Made by a program: the position numbers and the translations under genes
Shown: positions 1-10,340 of the stretch, piece after piece
Layout: each line of letters starts with the position of its first letter
How positions within the stretch are numbered: position 1 is the stretch's first letter
From: Tubulanus polymorphus
Lineage: Eukaryota; Animalia; Nemertea
Length of the DNA: 64,000 nucleotides
Reading direction: 5' to 3'
Assembly: GCF_964204645.1 (NCBI RefSeq)
Contig: NC_134030.1
Location: 4,444,778-4,508,777, forward strand
Notes under the pieces: model-generated
What the model saw: the letters and a program-made list of their open reading frames with translations, nothing else
Databases searched by the model: none
Told to the model about the DNA's origin: nothing

Positions 1-2738
1 CCATAACCTTTATATCCACCTGCAGGAGATCAATTAATTCTAGCACCTAAATTGATTCTTAATATTACAACATGTAAAGATTATTGAAATTGCTTACCGC
101 ATTCTTCACTGCCACCGAGAGGCATTAACCCACCATCTGCTAACATCTCCTTAGGGCTGTTTGTTTGCTAAAAGGAAATACAATTCTATGAATGCTGTTC
201 TTTACAGATTATATCCATTCTTCTTTCATATGTCTTACATGTCCCTTTGAATCAACTGCCCAACCATTTGGCACATCTGTATTTTTGCGATCACAGAACT
301 CAACCTAAAAGTCATGACAATCATCTTTAAGAGAAGTATACGTTTACTACCAGCACTAGGAGCTAACTCCTAGAACTTTGCAAGATGGATTGTATCAGTT
401 ATTTCAGCAATGTGTAATACATACCTTCCCTAACGCTGCAGTCGATGTTGCCATATCCAGCACAAAACTATCGCCCTCTTTACCGGGGGCTGCTACTGTG
501 AGTGGGTTTGTTCCAAGAGTTGCCTAGTCAAATAGCAATATGACATCCATTTTCAATCAACATCAGTTATTTTTTGCAAAAAAAGGTATATAATTCAGAG
601 CCGTCGGAAGGAATTTTTCAGTGGCGAGGCTTATTTCTGAAGGGTGGTCTGGGGGCCCAACCCTAGAAAAATTTTGAAAATTCAATCGCCGGGGATGCGT
701 TTTGGGGCTATTTCACGGTCTCATTCACAGAAGCATGAGAAGCCGTGAGCCAACCACCTAGTACAGAGAATGACGAGCTGCTACGCGGTACAGCGTGCTT
801 TTGAAAAAATTTTTGTTAAGCAAAAAAGTGGGGGGGCTTAGGCCGCTGCTGCCGCCCCTGTTCCGACGGCCCTGTAATTGGATCTTAAACCTGCAGTAAT
901 TATATCCTCACCTGCTTAGATCTTGTTGGCACTACAAGTGGAGACGTGTTTGTAAAAGCCATACCCTAGAGAGAATCAATTAAAATTTGAGGCAGGGTCC
1001 CAACAGATCATTCATCCCTGGATATAAGGAGTTTAAAGGAGTCAATTTCGTACACATATCCCAATAACAGTAGACTCCTCCTAATCGGTACTGTTTATCT
1101 CGGTAAACCATTATCAATTTGTTGATTTTGTAAGCAAAATTTTATCCTCTACTACCAGAACTTGGTTTCTAATATTCGGTAACTGCCTAATTGGGTAAAA
1201 ATCAATCGAGGTCCCTACAGTATCAATTTAGGGGTAGTCTACTATACAACGAAAAACATTTCTAACTGCCTTTTCCTCAAAATTGAAGGAATCTAAGGCA
1301 TTCAAGTAAAGAAGTTTTAACCACGTTTAAAAGCATTTTCTGCTTTGAAGGAGTTTATAAAGAACCTGTGACATCTATCCATGATGATTGTCAAAATATT
1401 GAATTTGAAGGACACTTACTATCATTCCATGTTCCATAGCTCGCAGGCTATACCAACCAGCAATACCAAAATGATTTGACCCTGTCAATAAACATTAACA
1501 GTTCTAGCAAATGTTTCGTACGTGGATTAAGCTCATTAAGAAGAATGACTGTTGTATATTGAATTAAAATAGGGCCTACAATGTTCAAGTATCATGAAGT
1601 ACCTTTAGCGACGACCCAGCCGATTCCCATGTCTTTTGCTTTCTTCACAGCTAAGTCAGTGCAGAACCTACCAACAACCGGGCCTACAAATGAAATCACG
1701 CCAATAAAGGTTAAAGCCAATTAACATGAATTCATTATATCAGGTGACCTGTTAGGCCAACTACTACTGACCAAGGATATTTTTTCCATCGACCCACGCG
1801 CAAGCAGGAGTTTCACTGAGGATTTCTGGTTCAGCATCGCTTACAGTTGTTCCAGATTCAATGTCAAATACGTACATATCTATAACAAAGAATATTACAC
1901 ATAAAATGATTGATGTATTAGAGACAACTCGTTTCGATTTGACTCTTTTGCCTTAACTTTTTTGACAATTAATTTTTGTTTTGCCTCCAGTGTTTTACTC
2001 ATTATACTTGTTCACTTGAATCATGCCTCAAAGCTCAAGACAACACAAACCCTGACAACAGACTCTTCATTGGTCTATTACACAGGGACAAGTTGTCACT
2101 CAGCGGCCACAAGTCTATGTATTTTAAGCCAATCATTGTTATGTTTCACCCGGAAATTTGCTCTATCAATACCACCCATCTGATTGGCTTATACTAGGCC
2201 TATATATAGTCCAGTGTTTGCTGAGAAGATAAACAATTGGCTGTTAAGAAGCAGTAACAGTACAAAAAGAAGATTAATTCAAAATATTCAAAAAAGGAGA
2301 CGACTTCACAAAAAGGTCGATTTATTAAATGTCTAAAGTGGTCAACAACGAACATGGTCGTGTATCGACCATGGTTGTGTACACAGGGGCTCGTATCAGA
2401 GTTGTAGGTAATGTAAAAACGATAATCTGTTAATCCAATCTATATAGTATATATGTTATTTTATATATACTATATACATTGGATTAACAGATTATCGTTT
2501 TTACATTACCTACAACTCTGCTGATACGAGCCCCTGTGTGTGGTACCGTGGTACGTAAATCCTCACCTAGTCTGTTGAGACCATGGCTAAAATGCCCTCT
2601 GTAATCAGCTTTTACCAATAATTCAGCCAAGACTTCAGCGTGGTCGGATTTACTACCGGCTGCTACCATACATCGTTCGACAAATGCCTTCACGTCACTC
2701 ACTGGAATTATTTTTCCTTCTAGCTGGTCGTCCGCCAT
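1..2738 (-). CDS. Ldh_2-family (type 2 malate/L-lactate dehydrogenase, YjmC/AllD-like) oxidoreductase; spliced, 3' end outside window
   Basis: Exons read on the minus strand with GT-AG boundaries and consistent phases: 2738-2567, 1879-1772, 1683-1603, 1481-1420, 965-912, 523-425, 304-239, 167-98, 19-1. The spliced peptide has family motifs ADYRGHFSHGLNRL, VDGKNILGPVVG, GSNHFGIAGWY, GMAFTNTSP, LGTNPL, FVLDMATS, PNGWAVD and LMPLGG...GGYKGYG. Confidence 0.93.
596..874. mobile_element. Non-autonomous TIR element (MITE) in an Ldh_2 intron
   Basis: Ends CAGAGCCGTCGGAA ... TTCCGACGGCCCTG are inverted repeats with 1 mismatch; TAATT lies directly on both sides (591-595, 875-879). Confidence 0.7.
1068..1244. 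mobile_element. Tc1/mariner(pogo)-like MITE relic in an Ldh_2 intron
   Basis: CAGTAGACTCCTCCTAATCGGTACTG ... CAGTATCAATTTAGGGGTAGTCTACTA form imperfect terminal inverted repeats. Confidence 0.55.
2381..2539. repeat. Near-perfect ~160 bp palindrome (fold-back/MITE) in Ldh_2 intron 1
   Basis: ACACAGGGGCTCGTATCAGAGTTGTAGGTAATGTAAAAACGATAATCTGTTAATCCAAT... is mirrored by ...ATTGGATTAACAGATTATCGTTTTTACATTACCTACAACTCTGCTGATACGAGCCCCTGTGT around a TA-rich loop. Confidence 0.85.
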
Positions 2739-2848
2739 TTTGTCCAGGTCTGGTCATGTGACATCGACGCCTAAAGGGGACAATAAAGATTTGAATTGAA
2801 TTGAAGCGTAGTATGAATGGGATTCGAACCCCTGACTAGAATTTCAAT
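2739..2848. promoter_or_regulatory. Bidirectional promoter / 5'UTR region shared by the Ldh_2 gene and BUD13
   Basis: Divergent ATGs at 2738(-) and 2849(+), both in AANATGGC contexts; contains GGATTCGAACC (2820-2830). Confidence 0.65.
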
Positions 2849-5594
2849 ATGGCAGCCTCCAGCAAAGCCGAGTATTTAAAACGTTATATGTCAGAAGACG
2901 CTGATCAAAAACCTCAAAAGAAGAAGAGGAAAAAACTGAAAGCACCAAATGTGAAAAAAGTTTCGGGGTAATTTAATTTCATCCTGGCTTGCAGATAAAA
3001 ACAAATTGAAAGCAAAAACTAAAGCAAACAAACTTAAATCTTTAATTCTTTTACTTACGACTTGACTACACACACGTACATAGTCTGAATACCAGTCGTT
3101 GATACAGTTCCCTACAACCTAGCTGTTTGTTGTAGAACGACGGCTCGGGGTAAAAGTGCATATCCGCACCTCTCGTGATTGACGCAATCTACTGAATGAC
3201 AGCATCCAGGCTAAAATCTTTCTAGTGAAGATATCTTGAAATTAACCAATGGCATGAAATTGCTGATGACATTTTGAATCTGAAACAATGATATTTAATG
3301 TAATTGATTGAACCGTTTATTTACGCGGAGAGGTGCAGATCTGCACTTTACCCGGCTAGGTACTAGGACTGCAGTTTGGGTCACCTATCCACTGGGTGGC
3401 GCTAGTGTTAGAAAGAATAGTGTTATGGTAAGGTTAGGTACATAACCATTAGGGACACCTAAACTGCATTCGCTCCCTAGACGGTCTAGACTGTCAACTA
3501 GTCTGAAAACCAGTCGTTGTTATGGGTTCTTTTTTTTTTGTGAACGACGGCTAGGTACTAGGCTTGGTTCAACCATAATTTTATAAACTTCCTTTCAGTC
3601 TGAGAATAGTTGATGATGATGTTGATTTCGACTCGCTTTTACCGGAAAACATCGACAATGCAAAAGAAGAAGATTTATACGACGACCAGGCGCCGACCAT
3701 CGCTGAAGTCATCGATGAGCGGCCGGAGCATATCAAACAATTAGAACAATACCGCACTAGCAACAAGTGGAAAACTATGGAAAATATTTCAGGTAAGTTC
3801 AATGTGATACTGGTACTATACTGATGCAAGGATTAGGCCTTTAGATGCGCTTCAATCTCTGATACAGTCAACTTTTAATTATTTGCCGCCCGCCTTGTGT
3901 TTTCCTCCTAAATTTTGGAAGTATGATTACAAATATTTAGTTCGTTGTGAATTAAAATGATGCTTGATTATTGATGATATTCATTATTTTTGTTCAGAGT
4001 TGATTTTTTGTTATTTGCAAAATAGACGATGAAAATGGGAAGAATTCAGGACCAAGAAATACTAGGCATGACTCCGACTCAGACGCTTCACCTCCTAGGA
4101 AAAAGAGGCATGACTCTGACTCGGATGCTTCCCCTCCTAGGAAAATGAGGCATGACTCCGACTCAGACGCTTCACCTCCTAGGAAAAAGAGGCATGACTC
4201 TGACTCCGACGCGTCACCTCCTAGGAAAAAGAGGCATGACTCTGACTCCGGCGCGTCACCTCCTAGGAAAAAGTCTTTTTCATCATCCAATAAGAGTAAA
4301 GAAGAGTCAAGAAATGGTAGTAGATCATCCGCAAAATCGAAAACACATAGAAAAGATACGGATTCTGACAATTCCCCACCGAGGAAATCCGATCGTAAAG
4401 ACAGTGATAATTCATCGCGACGTCGAAGGTCAGATTACAGTCCCGATTTGGATCCTTCGCGTGGAAAAGAAAAACTGTCGCAGAAATCTCGTGTGAAGCG
4501 GAGCCGCTTCGAACCGGCTGAGTCACCTCCGCCTACAAGTAAAAAGTCGGCTGAAAAAATGAAAAAAACTCTAGCTGGTGCCAAAGCCGGTTTACAATCG
4601 GCGAAGGATATGAAGGAAGAACTGGAGGCTCTGCGCACCCGGGAAAATAAAGCATTTTCAAAGGTGAGATGAACTAATTAACAAAATAGTACCTGTCCGG
4701 CAGCCTCATGCATTTCCTGTTTGGTATCATTGTTGCTGATCACTCTTTACTTAAGGCGGGCGTAGGTCGGCCTTGCGACGGCTTGCGACTCACTGCGACG
4801 TGACTCACTGCGACCGCAACCGACTTACGCTCCCACTTGTGACGCAACAATCGCGTCGCGTCGCAAGGTCGACCTACGCCCGGCTTTAGAAAGCATGCTG
4901 ATAAGATATCTGGTGTTCGTAGTTCATTTTGGATTAGAATTGTCTCAAGTTCTGAACGATGTGTAGTGGCGATGATCAGATTTTGAAAGTGTAGTTATAA
5001 AATAGTAGTTATAGTTCATTTGTCAGGTTATTTTCGATTGATTGTAAAAATATCTCAATTGAATACGAAATTTGAACCATCTAGGTAGATGACGTATGCC
5101 TGAAATAGCTTATATGTGAAAATGATAGAATATTGTTATCCACAGATCGATGACGAAGTTCTCGGAAAAAATGCTGCCACGGTCGTACGAGATAAATCTG
5201 GCAAGCGTAGGAATTTAGAAGCGGAACGCGCTGAAGAAGCTGAGGAAGAGGCAAAAAAAGCGAAACAAGCTGAAAAATACAATCAGTGGGGAAAAGGGTA
5301 TGTATGACATGTTTCTTGAGACTAACTACAAAACATGAACTCGAAAATTGATTCATGACTTTTTGGTTTCATGAATGCCGTTTTCATACAGATTAAAACA
5401 AACCGAGTTTAAAGAACAGAACGTACAGGATACTCTACACGAAATGTCGAAGCCGTTAGCTCGTTATAAAGACGACGCGGACCTCGATGAAATGTTAAAG
5501 AACCAAGAACGCGACGGGGATCCGATGTTAGCATTCCTGAAGAAGAAAAAGTCGGCGAAAACGAAAAAACCAGGTTCGGCTCAAAATTTGATTG

Positions 5595-5627
<33 letters not shown>

Positions 5628-6334
5628 TACATTTTGAAATTTGTCCCTTCTCACACCTGCTATGTAGAATAAAACATTATTACATTTTTGATGATTTAAT
5701 CAAATGAGACTTACACTTCTAAAATATATACCCGAACATGTAATACGGTAATCATAATAGTAACAGTAACTTTATTTTTTGATATCAAATTTCAACAATA
5801 TTTTACAAACAAAACTATATAAAAAGAATACAAGGATATTATTAAGTATATGATCATGGACGTATAGACTTAACTCTAGGAGTCAAAATGGAGATTGCTT
5901 GTGATCTGGACTTATGCAAGTTTGACTGTCTAAGACTGGTTATGCCTAAAATTGTACACAATTATCTGATTGATAAAAGTTGTTTTAAACTGAAATACAA
6001 TGTATAGTAATATAGTAATTTTGAAATATAAAATAGATTCATTCATTCATACACGGTGGTTGATGGAAAGAAAATCAAGAAATTTATAACAGATTACAAT
6101 GAAATATTCCTTTTTCATTTTATGTTACCGATTTCTATATTGTGTTATTGTGTTGCAGCGTTTCCGCGGTATAGTGGTCCAGCTCCACCACCGAACAGAT
6201 TTAACATGATGCCCGGTTATCGATGGGACGGCGTCAATAGATCAAACGGCTTCGAGAAATCGTTCTACGCCAAACAGGCCGAGAAAAAAGCCAATCGAGA
6301 ACAAGCGTATAAATGGTCGATTGAAGACATGTGA
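2849..6334 (+). CDS. BUD13: BUD13 homolog (RES complex pre-mRNA splicing factor), 6 exons, 486 aa
   Basis: Exons 2849-2967, 3599-3792, 4026-4663, 5146-5297, 5392-5573 and 6159-6334 (GT-AG, total 1461 nt, in frame). N-terminus [15 protein letters not shown], then [15 protein letters not shown] and RHDS-SPPR repeats; Bud13 domain [56 protein letters not shown]. Confidence 0.96.
3146..3354. mobile_element. MITE inserted into a short repeat in BUD13 intron 1
   Basis: TIRs CGGGGTAAAAGTGCATATCCGCACCTCTC ... GAGAGGTGCAGATCTGCACTTTACCCG; (CG)GCT is duplicated on both sides; an uninterrupted copy of the target is at 3543-3562. Confidence 0.75.
4064..4273 (+). repeat. Coding tandem repeat in BUD13 exon 3: 5 x 42 nt ([14 protein letters not shown])
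   Basis: AGGCATGAC unit starts at 4064, 4106, 4148, 4190 and 4232. Confidence 0.95.
4754..4885. mobile_element. PIF/Harbinger-like MITE in BUD13 intron 3
   Basis: TIR AGGCGGGCGTAGGTCGGCCTTGCGACG ... CGTCGCAAGGTCGACCTACGCCCGGCT; TTA on both sides (4751-4753, 4886-4888). Confidence 0.8.
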
Positions 6335-6510
6335 AAATTGAGGTTTTTCTTGGAGTATATATGTAACAATTCATTATGCTTTATATGTACCGTGTACATA
6401 TGTAATTTGTTATTCAAAATACATGAAATTTTAAATTTTCAATAATTTTGTTTTGCCAACTGAGTGCCTATCGTATTGCAGTAGACTGTATCGACTATGT
6501 GACATCTAAC

Positions 6511-6987
6511 TTAGTTACCTAATCCTTGGTGGTAAGCTTTTATAATCGGATGGGATTATACTAAGGCTAAAAAAAATTGATACCTTGTTTCTCCACTCTG
6601 CTGAGCTTAAATGTTGACCCGGCCGGCCGCCTATCTACCCTATACATTACTTTTTTTAAAATCGTGATCAATTTTACCATAACAGACCCGGCCGCTATCG
6701 AAATGAACTGTTTATAAATTTTATCATATTTTACAAAAATGACCCGGCCGCTGCGGAGAAACAAGGTATCATTTTTGTTTAGCCTAATATGTTGTTTGCG
6801 AAAATATCCGATCGTGAAAACAACCAGACAGGTTACTAACTACATCTACTCTGGTTGTACCTTGAACCTTGAAGTTTTAGATGTTTGAAGCCCAGTAACC
6901 TGTCTGTGGTTTAGTTTCACGATCGGATATTTTCACAAACCACATCCGATTGGATTATGAGCTTACCACCAAGGATTAGGTAACTAA
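6511..6987. mobile_element. Long-arm fold-back MITE downstream of BUD13, interrupted by a nested MITE
   Basis: TTAGTTACCTAATCCTTGGTGGTAAGC ... GCTTACCACCAAGGATTAGGTAACTAA outer arms; inner arms GAAAATATCCGATCGTGAAA...AGACAGGTTACT / AGTAACCTGTCT...TTTCACGATCGGATATTTTC. Confidence 0.8.
6565..6784. mobile_element. Nested PIF/Harbinger-like MITE
   Basis: TIR GGCTAAAAAAAATTGATACCTTGTTTCTCC ... GGAGAAACAAGGTATCATTTTTGTTTAGCC; TAA on both sides (6562-6564, 6785-6787); internal GACCCGGCCG repeats. Confidence 0.85.
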
Positions 6988-7572
6988 CTATGGCTAACTC
7001 AGATACTTAGGTCAGGAATTTTTTCACGATCTCAAAGGATCTAACTTGAGTGAAGTCTCTGTTTATTCAACGAAGAAGTTTTGACTAACGCCGATAATCC
7101 GGCCCGATACAATGTCAATGATGCGTTCCTTCTGCATGCCAACGTATGCAGAAGAAACGATTGTAAGATATTTTCATCGTAGCTCCAAAATACAATGTTA
7201 TTTACTATAGATTTCAAAGGGATATAGATACATGAGTGATCTGGCAAACTTGTAACGGAGCCATTTCCCATGAGCATGACGAGATTTAAAGGAATATTCT
7301 TTCGTGATCGCAACAACTTTAAGATTCGAACCCAGGACGCGCTTCGCCGGCGTGATTGACCGAGTCGCTGGGATAAAACGGTTCTACGAAAAGTGGCTCG
7401 ATACCCATAACAATTAACTAATATCAAATAGAGCTTTAGCATAATTTTCAAGCAAAATGGTAACAAACAAATTGTTTAGCCCGACGTTAATTTGGGAAAT
7501 TAAAAAATATATGATAACATTACTCGCATGCCATAGCAGGAATACTGATCGCTGTGAAATCTCAACCGTTAA

Positions 7573-7702
7573 GTGCTGCCTCTATGCACATCGTTGACGG
7601 TAAATGTGCGAACTAATTTATTACTCGCATTCCACAGTAGGAATATCGTGTGTTTGAGATAGTTCACGTATTCACCGTTAACGATGTACGCAGAGGCAGC
7701 AC
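7573..7702. repeat. Degenerate inverted repeat (small MITE-like)
   Basis: GTGCTGCCTCTATGCACATCGTTGACGGTAAATGTGCGAACTA versus TAGTTCACGTATTCACCGTTAACGATGTACGCAGAGGCAGCAC. Confidence 0.55.
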
Positions 7703-7761
7703 CTGATTGTCGTTGTTTTTACTCTGAACTGGTTAGAATTGCTGTGGTTTCTACGATACCG

Positions 7762-10340
7762 ATCATCTTTGTTCCCAGGCTGTGACAGCATGAGGCTAGT
7801 TTGGGTAATAATCATAGAACAATCGTTACGAAATGTTGAAGAGAATTGTAACGATTTTTCGATTGTAACGATTTTTTGAAATTGTTTCCACATCGAGATG
7901 AAAAATGATTTACGAAATTGTTATGTACCGGTACTCATTGAATTATATGCTCTTTCATTGTTAAATCCATACGTGAAAATATGCATGGTTATTCGCCATG
8001 ATTCCCGATACTCAGAACGTTGTAAACCTGGAGAGAGAATGGAGAGTCTTACAGGAAATATTTTATAGTAATGCAATAAAGTAATACAGTTTAACTCTTA
8101 AAATAAGGTAATAACCTTTACGACTAAATAAGCTTTCTCACGGCAATCCTTTGTGGAAATAGGGGAAATCCAGCTTTTAAATAAATACCTATACTCGTTG
8201 GTTCTTTCGATCCAATTGGCGTTAATGAAAACATCAGACTCGATTTCGTTGAAATATTTGAGCGCGAATGAAAATGATCAGTACTTGCACAACGGGATCT
8301 GACGAGGATGGAAATACGTCACGCAGTTTTTTGTGTAACTGCACACCGATAGGCATTTACGTTACACGAAAAACTGCTACAAAATCACTTTCACTCGATT
8401 GAACCGCGGAATTCCGACTCGCCAGACGTAGTAGAGATAAAATGATCTTAGGGGCCCCTTTTTGGCAACTTTCTAACAAATGAATCTAGCGCCCCTCCTC
8501 ATGATGGGCTAGGCGCAAAGTCACTCTATGATCCTTCACCGAAAATCTGATGATTCTGACGTCTGAACAGTTGTCAAATGTGAATGTAGACTCCAAGAAA
8601 GACGCCACGTACAAATTTGCAGCAGCTTTGATAGGCATCAAAATTCATTCAGGCAAAGAATAATCGGTTTATTCAAACTGAAATCATAAACTGATAAATC
8701 GTATCTGTTACACAGTCGACACATGTTTTGTTATTCGGATGATTTGAGTTTTCTCCCAAACTAATGGAAATATCTAATCGAAGTTAACCAGACTTTTCTT
8801 CCGTTTCACATAATCCGGTTCAGAACTAAAGTAAAATATGAAAGTATGAAGATGGGCAAAAATACAAAGCAATTTGATATATGCGTGTGTGCACGCGTGT
8901 ATGCGTGTGTATGTGCGCGCGCGTGCGAATGGGGGGGGGGGGGGGATGCTATACGGACCTTGCGTTTGAACTGAATTGCATACGCCGACAACGTCTTTCC
9001 CAAAAGGGATTTAAGATAATATAGATTTTGCATCTGATTATGAGGTGATAGATACAGTTCATTACAAGACGAGGTATAATTCTCGTAGAATCTGATAAAG
9101 CATATTTCTATAACGCACACTGTTCTCATGCCACTGTTTCATGAAATACATCATGTTGTACATGTATTTTACATGTTGTACGAATACACAATTATGTCGT
9201 AATGACGCTAATACTGGAAATCATGTATTAAGCAATATTTTGCCGTATAAATGAATCTAAACGCTTACAAAATGATATGTTTATACAAAGTCTCTTGTCG
9301 TTAGTCTTGCAAACACAATCGAAAGCAACTGTTACCAAATTTGTGATGATTACGCATGGTTACGCATACGACATTTCGCAATATGTATAAAAGAGGCACC
9401 AATCACTTCTCATCCAGCACATCAGTACTGTAGGTAGGTAGGTTATGTCGTTGGGTATGGTTATGGTAGGTTAGGTAGGCTATCTGATATATTCCTGATT
9501 TATTAAAGAAAAGAAATGCCACCAAGGAAGCTAAAGAAGCCGAAAAGGCGGAGAAGTTAGCCGAAAAAGAAGCTGAGAAAGCGGAGAGGTTAGCTCAAAA
9601 AAATGCCACCAAGGAAGCTAAAGAAGCCGAAAAGGCGGAGAAGTTAGCCGCAAAAGAAGCTGAGAAAGCAGAGAAGTTAGCTCAAAAATGCCACCAAGGC
9701 AGCAGATGAAGCCAAAAACGCGCAGAGGTTAGCTGCAAAAGAATACGAATCGCAGTAAAAGACTTTATCGTGGAATAACAAGATGATATATTGAAATACA
9801 TCAAGGAAATGAAGATGGAAGCGGATCTGATTAGCGATTCAATGTTTCAAAGATGAAATAAAATCTTAAGTCATGAATATCACAAAATTCTTATTGCTCA
9901 TGTATATAGTTTATGAGGTGGCTACTGTTCGTTCAAATGTTAAGAAAACGATCTACTGTTCTGGACAGCAGGATGAAACTTAATCGAAAATATGTTTTAA
10001 ATATCTGCAGTGTAATGGGGAAAATATTGGATTCATCCTAATACAGAATCAAAACAGGAATGGATGCATACGTAGTTAGGATATATTACGTAATCAACAT
10101 AGAATTTAAAAAATCGGTGAGTCGAAACGCAAGCAGCTGAGTAAATCTTCCAGTGTGAAGTTCCCTGGAGTTTATTCAATTGATGATAGTGAGAAGAAAT
10201 TCGTTTGTCCCAACCGAACACGGAGAAAGCGGGTCGACCATACGATCTTATTTTACATTTTAGCCAGTATGAATTGTTCATCATAAATTTGACATGTTGG
10301 TACGGATGTCTTTTTTATTCCAAATACATGAAAATGTCGC
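7762..10340 (+). repeat. Older, diverged and internally deleted copy of the array unit
   Basis: Collinear blocks: ~7762-8443 matches ~10826-11494; ~8646-8825 matches ~16391-16560; ~9035-10340 matches ~16760-18415. Visibly more substitutions and indels than between copies A and B. Confidence 0.85.
9511..9834 (+). pseudogene. Pseudogene of the secreted AKE-repeat protein (psi-1)
   Basis: Encodes NATKEAKEAEKAEKLAEKEAEKAERLAQK-type repeats and ends ...QGNEDGSGSD*. It has lost the splice acceptor, ATG and signal peptide, has a 2-nt frameshift near 9684, and has TAA in place of the Leu of MELQD. TATAAAA is retained at 9386-9392. Confidence 0.88.

Noticed and set aside
2484-2566. C-terminal part of the 84-aa ORF (GEDLRTTVPH...)
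   Set aside because: Intron read-through past the donor at 2566 into the palindrome.
4064-4273. Regular direct repeats resembling a CRISPR array or a novel repeat protein
   Set aside because: No unique spacers; in-frame RHDS-SPPR repeats are a known BUD13 feature.
3994-4638. Overlapping alternative-frame and antisense ORFs (125, 114, 87, 67 aa)
   Set aside because: Shadows of the 42-nt BUD13 coding repeat.
7041-7466. 141-aa minus-strand ORF
   Set aside because: Non-ATG start, no motif or splice support; the plus strand reads more protein-like.
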